A DNA stretch of 64,000 nucleotides from Planctomycetota bacterium (lineage in GTDB: Bacteria; Planctomycetota; B15-G4): assembly GCA_038212275.1 (NCBI GenBank), contig JBBQUR010000008.1, positions 159,427 through 223,426 of the forward strand, written 5' to 3'. A program made the translations under genes and the position numbers. Below the pieces are notes generated by a model. That model saw only the letters and a program-made list of their open reading frames with translations, was not told the origin of the DNA and made no database searches. Of the stretch, positions 57,080-64,000 are shown piece after piece (position 1 is the first letter of the stretch; each line of letters opens with the position of its first letter).

Positions 57080-57607
57080 TCAGCCTCCGCGGCGAGCTGA
57101 GCCGAGTCGCGCGAGACGCGGCCCGATGAAGGGCAGATCGGCGCGCCGCAACCACGCGACGATCGCCGCGAGCGTGCTGACCAGCAGCGCGAGGCCGAAG
57201 AGCAGTCCGCCGTCGCCCTGGCCCGTGGTCGGGTCGATGACCTCGAGGCCCAGGACCGCGAGGTGCGAGAGGACCGCGCCCCCCATGACGCCCAGCGCCA
57301 GCACCGCACCCAGCGCGGCGGTGCGCGCACGCAGCAGCAGCAGCACGCAGAGGAGCTCCATGAGGCCCGAAGCCGTGGCGCCTGCACGGCCGACATGCAG
57401 CTTCGTGTCGAAGATCCACTGCGTCTCGGGCGCCCAGGTGAACTTGAAGAACAGCGTCTGCGCGAGGATGACGGCGGCGCCGATCTGCGCGATCCAGCTC
57501 ACCAGCTGACGGCCGCCCGTCAAGGCGCCGGCCGTCGGGGTCTGATGCGGTGTGGACTTGTCGGCGGCCATCGCGACCGGAGCGGCATGGAGCTGCGTAG
57601 TGTTCAT
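57080..57607 (-). CDS. DoxX family membrane protein
   Basis: ILAQTLFFKF, GLMEL, MGGAVLSHL, DGGLLFGLA. Confidence 0.8.
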   Translation of the reverse strand: MNTTQLHAAPVAMAADKSTPHQTPTAGALTGGRQLVSWIAQIGAAVILAQTLFFKFTWAPETQWIFDTKLHVGRAGATASGLMELLCVLLLLRARTAALGAVLALGVMGGAVLSHLAVLGLEVIDPTTGQGDGGLLFGLALLVSTLAAIVAWLRRADLPFIGPRLARLGSARRGG

Positions 57608-57615
57608 GCCGTTGG

Positions 57616-57643
57616 GATGCGCGCCGCAGGCCGCGCGTTTCGC
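57616..57643 (-). promoter_or_regulatory. Putative ECF promoter GCGAAAC-N16-GCATC upstream of doxX
   Basis: Same motif and spacing as upstream of the ECF gene. Confidence 0.7.
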
Positions 57644-57647
57644 GGCT

Positions 57648-57896
57648 TCAGTTCGGCCGCTGCCTGCGCGCGGCCAGGACGGCCTCGACCAGCGCCGCCG
57701 GCACTTCCGGGGGGATCTCGTCCTCGTCGGGGCGCAGCACCGCCCTGCCCAGGGCCACCGCGTCCCGGTAGGTGTGCAGGTAGTTCGCGCAGGCCCGGCA
57801 GCCGGCGAGGTGACGGTCGAACTCGGCCAGCTCACCGGGGGCAAGCTCATGCTGCAGGTAGTCGGCGAGGAACTCGATCAGCTCGCGGCAGGTCAC
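57648..57896 (-). CDS. Zinc-binding anti-sigma factor (zf-HC2/ZAS), soluble
   Basis: TCRELIEFLADYL...HLAGCRAC; GTGA overlap with sigma stop. Confidence 0.9.
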   Translation of the reverse strand: MTCRELIEFLADYLQHELAPGELAEFDRHLAGCRACANYLHTYRDAVALGRAVLRPDEDEIPPEVPAALVEAVLAARRQRPN

Positions 57897-58588
57897 GGGT
57901 GCCTCTCGCGGAAATGGGGATCGAGCAACGTGCGCAGCGCCTGCCGCGCACGATGCAATCGAATCTTGACGGCGTTGGGCGTGATCCCGAGGACGGCAGC
58001 GACCTCGGCGGTGTCGAGTTCCTCGATGTCGCGCAGCATGAGCACCACGCGATAGGTCTCGGGCAGCGTGTCGATCGAGTCGCGCACGAGCTGCGCGGTC
58101 TCGCCCCGCTGCGCGAGCGCCTCGGCCGATTCGCTCCAGGGCAAGGCCGGCTCCAGCGCGTGGCCATCCTCCATGAAGCGCGGGAGCAGGTCGTCGATGA
58201 GCACCTCGTCCTTGCGGCGACGCGTGCGCAGCTTCATCAGCGCGGCGTTGACCACGATGCGGTGCAACCACGTGTTCAGGCGGCTGCCACCCTCGAAACG
58301 GCCGATGGAGCGCGACACGGAGAGCAGCGCGTCCTGCACGGCGTCCTGCGCATCCTGCTCGACGCGCAGCAGGCGTCGCGCGGCCGAGAGCATGCGCCCG
58401 CCGTGCACGTGCACGAGCTGCTCGAAGGCCTTGTCGTCCCCGGCGCGCAGTCCGGCCAGCAGGGCGGCCTCGGCCGGGTCGACCGAGTCGGCCGTCACGA
58501 AAGCCGGCTCCGAGCCGCCCCCCCGCGCAGCGCGAGGGCCCACGCGTTCCGGTAGGTCGCCTTGAGCATCAGCCAGCCTGCGGTCCAT
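57893..58588 (-). CDS. ECF sigma-70 factor
   Basis: GDDKAFEQLV, DAQDAVQDAL, FEGGSRLNTWLHRIVVN, LPETYRVVLMLRDIEEL...VKIRLHRAR. Confidence 0.93.
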   Translation of the reverse strand: MDRRLADAQGDLPERVGPRAARGGGSEPAFVTADSVDPAEAALLAGLRAGDDKAFEQLVHVHGGRMLSAARRLLRVEQDAQDAVQDALLSVSRSIGRFEGGSRLNTWLHRIVVNAALMKLRTRRRKDEVLIDDLLPRFMEDGHALEPALPWSESAEALAQRGETAQLVRDSIDTLPETYRVVLMLRDIEELDTAEVAAVLGITPNAVKIRLHRARQALRTLLDPHFRERHP

Positions 58589-58616
58589 GGAGAGGCAAGC
58601 TACCACGAGGCCGTCC

Positions 58617-58644
58617 GATGCCGGCGAAGGCCTCCCGGTTTCGC
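58617..58644 (-). promoter_or_regulatory. Putative autoregulatory ECF promoter GCGAAAC-N16-GCATC
   Basis: Identical -35/-10 and 16-nt spacer to the motif at 57616-57643. Confidence 0.7.
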
Positions 58645-58770
58645 CGTGGAGGCTCCGTCACCCCGGCCTCGTGGACGGTGTTGAGGAGGGCACGCCGGTC
58701 CCGTGAAGCGACACTCGCCTTACACTTGCTCCGCACATCGGATCGAAACGCTGCGCCAGAGGATCGTTCG

Positions 58771-60756
58771 ATGACGTGGGAAGTCGCCTATGTGCTGGGG
58801 CTCCTCGTCGTCGGCCTGGTGTTCTTCAGCACCGAAGTGGTGCCGCTGGACGTGTCGGCCATCATCCTGCTGCTGCTCCTGGTGCTGCCGCCCATCGAGA
58901 TCCTCACGCCCGCCGAGGCACTGGCCGGATTCGGCAGCGAGACGATCGTCACGCTGGCGGCACTGTTCGTCCTGACCGCAGGCGTCACGCGCACCGGCGT
59001 CGTCGAGCGGCTCGGCCAGCGCATCGCGTTGCTGGCCCGCGAGCACCCCACGGCGCTGACGCGCATGCTGCTCGTGGGCGTCACCTCGATCAGCGCCTTT
59101 CTGTCCAACACCGTGACCACAGCCGCCATGCTGCCCCTCGCGATCGGCAGCGCGCGCCGCGCCGGCATGCCGCCATCCAGGCTGCTCATGCCGCTCGCCT
59201 TCGCGTCCATTCTCTCGGGCGGCGTCACGCTCATCGCCACCTCCACCAACCTCGTGGTCTCGGGCGAGCTGCCGAAATACGGCCTGGCGCCGATCGGCTT
59301 CTTCGAAATGGCGCCGGTCGGACTCGTCATCACCGTCTTCGGCATGCTGTATCTGCTTTTCCTCGCTCCGCGGCTCATCCCCGTGCGCGCTCCTTCGGCC
59401 GACAGCCAGCTCGACTCGCTGGCGGCAGGGACGGCTCAGGCGGTGCGCCGGATCATCCGCTTCGACTGGTGGCGCGCAGGCGTTGCCGAGGACCGGCAGC
59501 CTGGCCGCGCCGCGACGGCATCTCGCGAGGGCGCAACGAATGGCCCGGATGCGCCTGCTGGCGCCACGGAACAAGGAGGCCATGCCGCCGTCATCGAGCG
59601 CTACGGCCTGCGGCAATACCTGACCGAGGTCATCGTGACGCCGGACTCGCCACTCGCCGGCAAGACGCTTGCCGAGAGCCGGCTCGGCGAGGCGATCGAC
59701 CTGACCGTCGTCGGCGTGCGCCGCGGCGCCACGCGCATCCTGGCGCCAAGGCCAGGACTGCCGCTGCGCGAACACGACGTACTCCTCGTGGAAGGCAGCG
59801 TGCAGGACGTCCTCGCCGTGAAGGACGCGGCGGGCATCGAGATCAAGCCGGACTTCAAGCTCTCCGATCCGGATCTCCAGTCGGCGGACATCCGCATGGT
59901 CGAGGCGATGGTGCTGCCGCGCAGCGAGCTCATCGGCGGCACGCTGCAGGCCGTCCATTTCCAGGACACGACCGGAGTCACCGTGCTGGGCATCCACGCC
60001 ACCGCGCGCGGCCCGACGCGTGTGAAACTTTCGAGCCACCGGCTGGCCCCCGGGGACATGCTGCTCCTGCAGGGCACGCGTGAGCAACTCGGCCGCCTGG
60101 ACGGCGATGACCTGATGCTGCTTCAGGACAGATCGGCGCACCACCCCCGCTCGCACAAGTCCACGATCGCCTTGCTCATCTTCATCGGCGCGATCCTGCT
60201 CGCGACGACCCGCGTGCTGCCGCTCAGCGTGGCTTTCCTGCTGGGGATTCCGCTGCTCATTCTCACGCGCTGCCTGACCACCGGGGAGGCCTACGAAAGC
60301 GTGGACTGGCGGCTCATGGTGCTCATCGCCGCGATGATGGCTTTCGGCACGGCGATGGCGAAGACCGGGGCGGCAGACTGGCTGGCAGCGCTCATCGTGA
60401 CGCACGTCAGCCCGCTGGGAAGCTACGCCGTGCTGATCGGCTTCTTCCTGTTGACGCTGCTGCTGACGCAACCGATGTCCAATCAGGCTGCGGCGCTGGT
60501 GCTCCTGCCGGTGGCGATCCGCACGGCGCAGACGATGGGCGTGGAGCCGCGCCCCATCGTCATGGCCGTCACCATCGCCGCTTCGTGCTCGTTCCTCACG
60601 CCGCTGGAACCGTCGTGCGTCCTCGTCTACGCGCCTGGCAACTATCGCTTCTTCGACTTCGTGCGCGTCGGCGGCCTGCTCACGCTGATCGTCTTCGCGG
60701 TCTCGGCGTTCCTGATTCCGATCTACTGGCCGCTCACGCGCGTGATCGCGCCCTGA
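58771..60756 (+). CDS. SLC13/DASS family permease with two TrkA-C (RCK_C) domains
   Basis: SAFLSNT, LMPLAFASILSG, TSTNL, RCK_C SPLAGKTL..., MSNQAA, SCSFLTP, PGNYRFFDFVRVG. Confidence 0.92.
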   Translation: MTWEVAYVLGLLVVGLVFFSTEVVPLDVSAIILLLLLVLPPIEILTPAEALAGFGSETIVTLAALFVLTAGVTRTGVVERLGQRIALLAREHPTALTRMLLVGVTSISAFLSNTVTTAAMLPLAIGSARRAGMPPSRLLMPLAFASILSGGVTLIATSTNLVVSGELPKYGLAPIGFFEMAPVGLVITVFGMLYLLFLAPRLIPVRAPSADSQLDSLAAGTAQAVRRIIRFDWWRAGVAEDRQPGRAATASREGATNGPDAPAGATEQGGHAAVIERYGLRQYLTEVIVTPDSPLAGKTLAESRLGEAIDLTVVGVRRGATRILAPRPGLPLREHDVLLVEGSVQDVLAVKDAAGIEIKPDFKLSDPDLQSADIRMVEAMVLPRSELIGGTLQAVHFQDTTGVTVLGIHATARGPTRVKLSSHRLAPGDMLLLQGTREQLGRLDGDDLMLLQDRSAHHPRSHKSTIALLIFIGAILLATTRVLPLSVAFLLGIPLLILTRCLTTGEAYESVDWRLMVLIAAMMAFGTAMAKTGAADWLAALIVTHVSPLGSYAVLIGFFLLTLLLTQPMSNQAAALVLLPVAIRTAQTMGVEPRPIVMAVTIAASCSFLTPLEPSCVLVYAPGNYRFFDFVRVGGLLTLIVFAVSAFLIPIYWPLTRVIAP

Positions 60757-60874
60757 TGCCGACACGCTCCGTCGCGCAAAGCGCGTGATGCCGGTCGATT
60801 GCGCGCGGCGCGCCCGACGTGCGAGCATGATCCCCGACGCTCGCCGGATCGTGCAGCGATCGCAAGGAGGACCT

Positions 60875-61087
60875 GTGCCAGAGAACCACACGCTTTTCGT
60901 CGCCCCCGCAGGGAAAGATGGCTGGGAGATCCGGCACGGAAGGGGCGGCAAGGTCCTCGCCCACTTTGCGTCGCGCAGCGAGGCCGAGGCCGCGGCACGC
61001 CGCACGCTCTCGAGTCTCGGGGGTGGCCAGGTCTGCGTCGAAATTCCGGACGCGCCGGGCGCGAAGCCGGAGTCGTCCGCGCCCTGA
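60875..61087 (+). CDS. DUF2188-like small protein
   Basis: AGGAGG SD; V.P..DGWEI.......AHFASRSEAEAAAR. Confidence 0.65.
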   Translation: MPENHTLFVAPAGKDGWEIRHGRGGKVLAHFASRSEAEAAARRTLSSLGGGQVCVEIPDAPGAKPESSAP

Positions 61088-61149
61088 GGGGCTGTCTGCT
61101 GCTCAGGCACGGCGCTTTTGCCGTGCGGGACGCTCCACTCGGCGTGACG

Positions 61150-61165
61150 TGGCACGGGACTTGCA
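61150..61165 (+). promoter_or_regulatory. Sigma-54 promoter upstream of BON gene
   Basis: TGGCAC-GGGAC-TTGCA, matches TGGCAC-N5-TTGCW. Confidence 0.8.
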
Positions 61166-61230
61166 TCCCGTGAGGGTGGAGGCGGCGCGCCTCGCGCCTT
61201 GCGAATCGCCCTGCCGACTGGAGAAAGCCC

Positions 61231-61725
61231 ATGCATTTCGCATGCATCGCCGGCGGCCTGCTCAGCATCGTGTGTCTCGGAGGTCCGCAGCCCGTCGCCC
61301 CCCCATGCCGCCTGCCGATGCAGGGGCCGATGCAGGGGCCGATGCAGGGGCCGATTCAGAGGCAGGTCGAGGAGCCGAGCCTCGCCGCGCGTGTCCGCGC
61401 CCGACTCGATGAAGACCGGCATCACCTCAGTCCGGGTGCCCTCGAATCGGTGCACATCGAATCGGAACGCGGCTTCGTGCTCCTTCAAGGCACTGTGCCC
61501 ACGATGCTCGACAGGTGCCTGATCGACTCGTTGACGCGCAGCGTGCAGGGCGTGCGTGCCGTGAACAACCAGATCCTGCTGCCCGACGACGTATCGCCTT
61601 GTCGCGCCGGCGATGCCTGCACGGTTCCGGCGTTTCTTGCAGCCCTTTCTACAACCGAGCATCGCGCGTCGACGCTTGCCGTCGACGTCGGCCGCAAGGA
61701 CACGGTGAATCCGGACCTTCAGTGA
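61231..61725 (+). CDS. BON domain protein
   Basis: VHIESERGFVLLQGTVP...VQGVRAVNNQI; N-terminal hydrophobic stretch; MQGP repeats. Confidence 0.7.
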   Translation: MHFACIAGGLLSIVCLGGPQPVAPPCRLPMQGPMQGPMQGPIQRQVEEPSLAARVRARLDEDRHHLSPGALESVHIESERGFVLLQGTVPTMLDRCLIDSLTRSVQGVRAVNNQILLPDDVSPCRAGDACTVPAFLAALSTTEHRASTLAVDVGRKDTVNPDLQ

Positions 61726-61738
61726 GCTGGCAGTGAGC

Positions 61739-61754
61739 TGGCACGATGCTTGCT
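61739..61754 (+). promoter_or_regulatory. Sigma-54 promoter upstream of CsbD-family gene
   Basis: TGGCAC-GATGC-TTGCT, matches TGGCAC-N5-TTGCW. Confidence 0.8.
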
Positions 61755-61823
61755 CACTCGAGTGTCAAACCGCTTGCGGCTTGTCTCGCTGACCGGGCGC
61801 CGCACCGGAACCAGGAGGAAAAC

Positions 61824-62048
61824 ATGAACAAGGACACCGTCAACGGCAAGTGGACCGAAGTGAAGGGCCGCATCAAGGCTCGCTGGGGCAAGCTCACCGA
61901 CAACGACCTCACGCTCATCGAAGGCCGCGCGGAGGAACTCGGCGGCCTGCTGCAGCAGCGTTATGGCCTCGCACGTGAGCAGGCCGAGAAGGACTCGAAG
62001 GCCTTTCTCGACTCCTGCGACTGGAAGTCCGGAAAAGCAGCGACCTGA
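61824..62048 (+). CDS. CsbD/YjbJ (UPF0337) family stress protein
   Basis: MNKDTVNGKW.EVKG.IK..WGKLTDNDL..IEG..E.L.G.LQQRYG; SD AGGAGG. Confidence 0.92.
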   Translation: MNKDTVNGKWTEVKGRIKARWGKLTDNDLTLIEGRAEELGGLLQQRYGLAREQAEKDSKAFLDSCDWKSGKAAT

Positions 62049-62152
62049 CCCCAGACCCTTCGGGCAACGCGTGCTCCCGGACCGCCGGGGAAGCGCTGCC
62101 ACTTCAAGACCCCGAAACTTTCTCTTCCGAAACCCCGACAAGGAGCCGACTC

Positions 62153-62389
62153 GTGACGACACAGACTGATTCGCGACACATCAAGGACAACCTCGCCGAC
62201 AAGGCCGATGACATGAAGCAGCGTGTCAAGGACCGCGCCGAGGAACTCATCGCCGACGGCAAGGAGACCGTGAACAACATGGGCGGCCGCCTGCGGGACC
62301 GGGTGCAGGAGAAGCCTGTCGCCGCGCTCGTCATCGCCGCAGGTGTCGGTCTTCTGCTCGGCCTGCTCATCGCCCGCAAGAAGAGCTGA
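62153..62389 (+). CDS. ElaB/YqjD/DUF883 family tail-anchored protein
   Basis: VQEKPVAALVIAAGVGLLLGLLIARK; SD AAGGAG. Confidence 0.85.
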   Translation: MTTQTDSRHIKDNLADKADDMKQRVKDRAEELIADGKETVNNMGGRLRDRVQEKPVAALVIAAGVGLLLGLLIARKKS

Positions 62390-62394
62390 GTCCC

Positions 62395-62988
62395 ATGGCT
62401 GGCGGAGAAGGCATCTTCGGTTCGCTCGCCGACAAGGCCGATCGTTTCGTGCAGCAGCGCCTCGATCACCTCGCGACGCTGGCGCGCGCCAAAGCCGACC
62501 AACTCGCCGAGCAGGCCGGAGAACACTTCGCCCGCCAGCTGGTGGACCAGATTTCCCAGCGGCTTGCCGCGCGGATCGCCCTGATGACCGCCGCGGCAAG
62601 CGCGCTGGTTGCCGGCATATGGCTGCTCGTCTCCGGATTGTCCGGAGCGCTTGGCGAACTCCTGGGGCGGGAGTGGTTCGGTCAGCTCGTGGCCGGTGCC
62701 TTCACGCTGCTGGTCGTGGTCGTCGTCGGTGTGGTGATTCGCATGCGGCGACGATGGCGCAAGGCGCGGGCAGAAGCCGAGGCGAAGCAGGCGGCCGAGG
62801 AGGCAGCCCGCGCGAACGTCGCCTCCGCCGCCGACGTCGCCAGCGAGTTGGGTCTCCAGGCGATGCAGGCCAGTGGCGCGCTGCTTCGCAACCATCCGGT
62901 CGCGAGCGCCGCAGCCGTCACCGCCGTCGGAGTGCTGGCCGGCACGCTGCTGTCCCGCTCCAACGGTCGAAGCCCTCCGCAGGCCTGA
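62395..62988 (+). CDS. YqjE/holin-like membrane protein
   Basis: Two central TMs plus C-terminal HP..S...VGVLAG tail; follows a DUF883 gene as in yqjDE-type clusters. Confidence 0.55.
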   Translation: MAGGEGIFGSLADKADRFVQQRLDHLATLARAKADQLAEQAGEHFARQLVDQISQRLAARIALMTAAASALVAGIWLLVSGLSGALGELLGREWFGQLVAGAFTLLVVVVVGVVIRMRRRWRKARAEAEAKQAAEEAARANVASAADVASELGLQAMQASGALLRNHPVASAAAVTAVGVLAGTLLSRSNGRSPPQA

Positions 62989-63344
62989 GCCCGCTGCCCG
63001 GGGCCGGGCAGCTCCCAGACCGGTCGCCGCTGGCCCGCGCCATCGCGCCTCCGTGCTTCCGCGACACTGCGACATGGCGACATGGCGACATGGCGCCTTC
63101 GCGCTTCCGAGAGGCCGAGGCCTGGTCCGCGCATGTCGGGCGCACTTCGTAAAGAGCGTGCAGCCCTGGATCGAACTCCCGTGTGGGCGTTGCTGCCATG
63201 TGACCACGCCGCGTGCCCGCGCCCGCTGCAGCGCCGCATCCTCCCACTGACGCGCGTGTTCCTTCACGGAAGTGTCCCCTGATCGCGCGGCAGCGCCGAC
63301 GTGGCGCTTGCGCAACAACGACAACCCGTCACGAGGCTTCAGCC

Positions 63345-63839
63345 ATGGGCAAGAAGGAAATCAGCGCTCTGTACACCGAACCTGCCGACGCACGACGCGC
63401 CCACACCGGCCTGCTCGCAGCGGGCTTCGCGCCGTCCGACATCAGCGTCCTCATGTCCGAGGCCACGCGCGGCAAGCACTTCGCCATCGAAGGCAACACG
63501 AAGGCCGCCGAGGGTGCGGCCACGGGTGGCGTGATCGGCGGCGCCCTGGGCGCGATTGCCGCCGGCCTGGTCGCCGTGGGCGTCATCGCGCTGCCCGGCG
63601 TGGGGCTGCTTGCCGCAGGTCCGATCCTCGCGGCACTGGCCGGCGCCGGAGCCGGCGCGGCCGTCGGCGGCCTCAGCGGTGGACTCATCGGCCTCGGATT
63701 CCCGGAGCACGAAGCGAAGCTCTACAGCGAACGCATCGCCAAGGGAGCGATCCTCGTGGGCGTGCACACCGAGAGCGATCGTGCAGACAGCGCCGTGAGC
63801 GTCTTCAAGCAGACGCAAGGCAGCAGCATCAGGAGCTGA
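63345..63839 (+). CDS. General stress protein-like membrane protein with glycine-zipper hairpin
   Basis: L.AAGF..SDISVL, GAATGGVIGGALG...AAGPILAALAG...GLGFPEHEAK.Y...I.KG.ILV.VH. Confidence 0.8.
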   Translation: MGKKEISALYTEPADARRAHTGLLAAGFAPSDISVLMSEATRGKHFAIEGNTKAAEGAATGGVIGGALGAIAAGLVAVGVIALPGVGLLAAGPILAALAGAGAGAAVGGLSGGLIGLGFPEHEAKLYSERIAKGAILVGVHTESDRADSAVSVFKQTQGSSIRS

Positions 63840-64000
63840 CATCGTCACCCCGGCCTGCACCAGGCATCGGACGGCCACCCGGCATCGGACGGCAGCCGCG
63901 CGCCGCGTGGGTGCCTGTCGTCGACTCGACGATCGGGCATGCGGCTCGCGCGCCTCCACGTCGTAGAGTCGGCCGCTGCTCCGGGACGGGAGCAGCGGCC

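Noticed and set aside
2468..61662. Many long opposite-strand or alternate-frame ORFs (e.g. 2468-5455 -, 11784-15095 -, 15643-18924 +, 24076-26295 -, 58720-61662 -)
   Set aside because: Arg/Ala/Pro-rich shadow ORFs expected at this GC; each overlaps a gene with clear family motifs
62395..62988. Prophage, on account of the holin-like protein
   Set aside because: Context is a DUF883/YqjE-type stress cluster; no phage genes in the window

Overview
A very GC-rich (visually about 70-75%) bacterial chromosomal window with about 47 genes and no rRNA, tRNA, CRISPR array, integrase or transposase that I can see. The gene content suggests Planctomycetota, probably an uncultured lineage (inference): an ECF sigma/Ser-Thr kinase pair, FG-GAP proteins, carboxypeptidase-regulatory-like repeat proteins and many lipoproteins. 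Housekeeping and envelope genes include an M16 protease, a UvrD/Rep helicase, thrC, ClC, TerC, CDF, ThrE, an SLC13 permease, GT2/GT-C glycosyltransferases and two spermidine-synthase-like membrane proteins. A general-stress cluster (DUF2188-like, BON, CsbD, ElaB/YqjD, YqjE-like) sits at the right end. The most notable signals are: (1) two inverted, ~84% identical copies of a ~213-nt highly structured non-coding element with compensatory base changes (43470-44080); (2) an identical ECF promoter motif GCGAAAC-N16-GCATC before both an ECF sigma/zinc anti-sigma pair and the downstream doxX gene; (3) two consensus sigma-54 promoters in the stress cluster; (4) a secreted protein with a lysyl-oxidase-like motif order but no copper HxHxH; (5) a lipoprotein fusing a CX5R phosphatase/sulfurtransferase-like domain to cytochrome c'; (6) recurrent leaderless-type TANNNT-N6-9-ATG starts, including overlapping bidirectional -10 boxes. 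All functional calls come from motif recognition by eye; no database searches were run.
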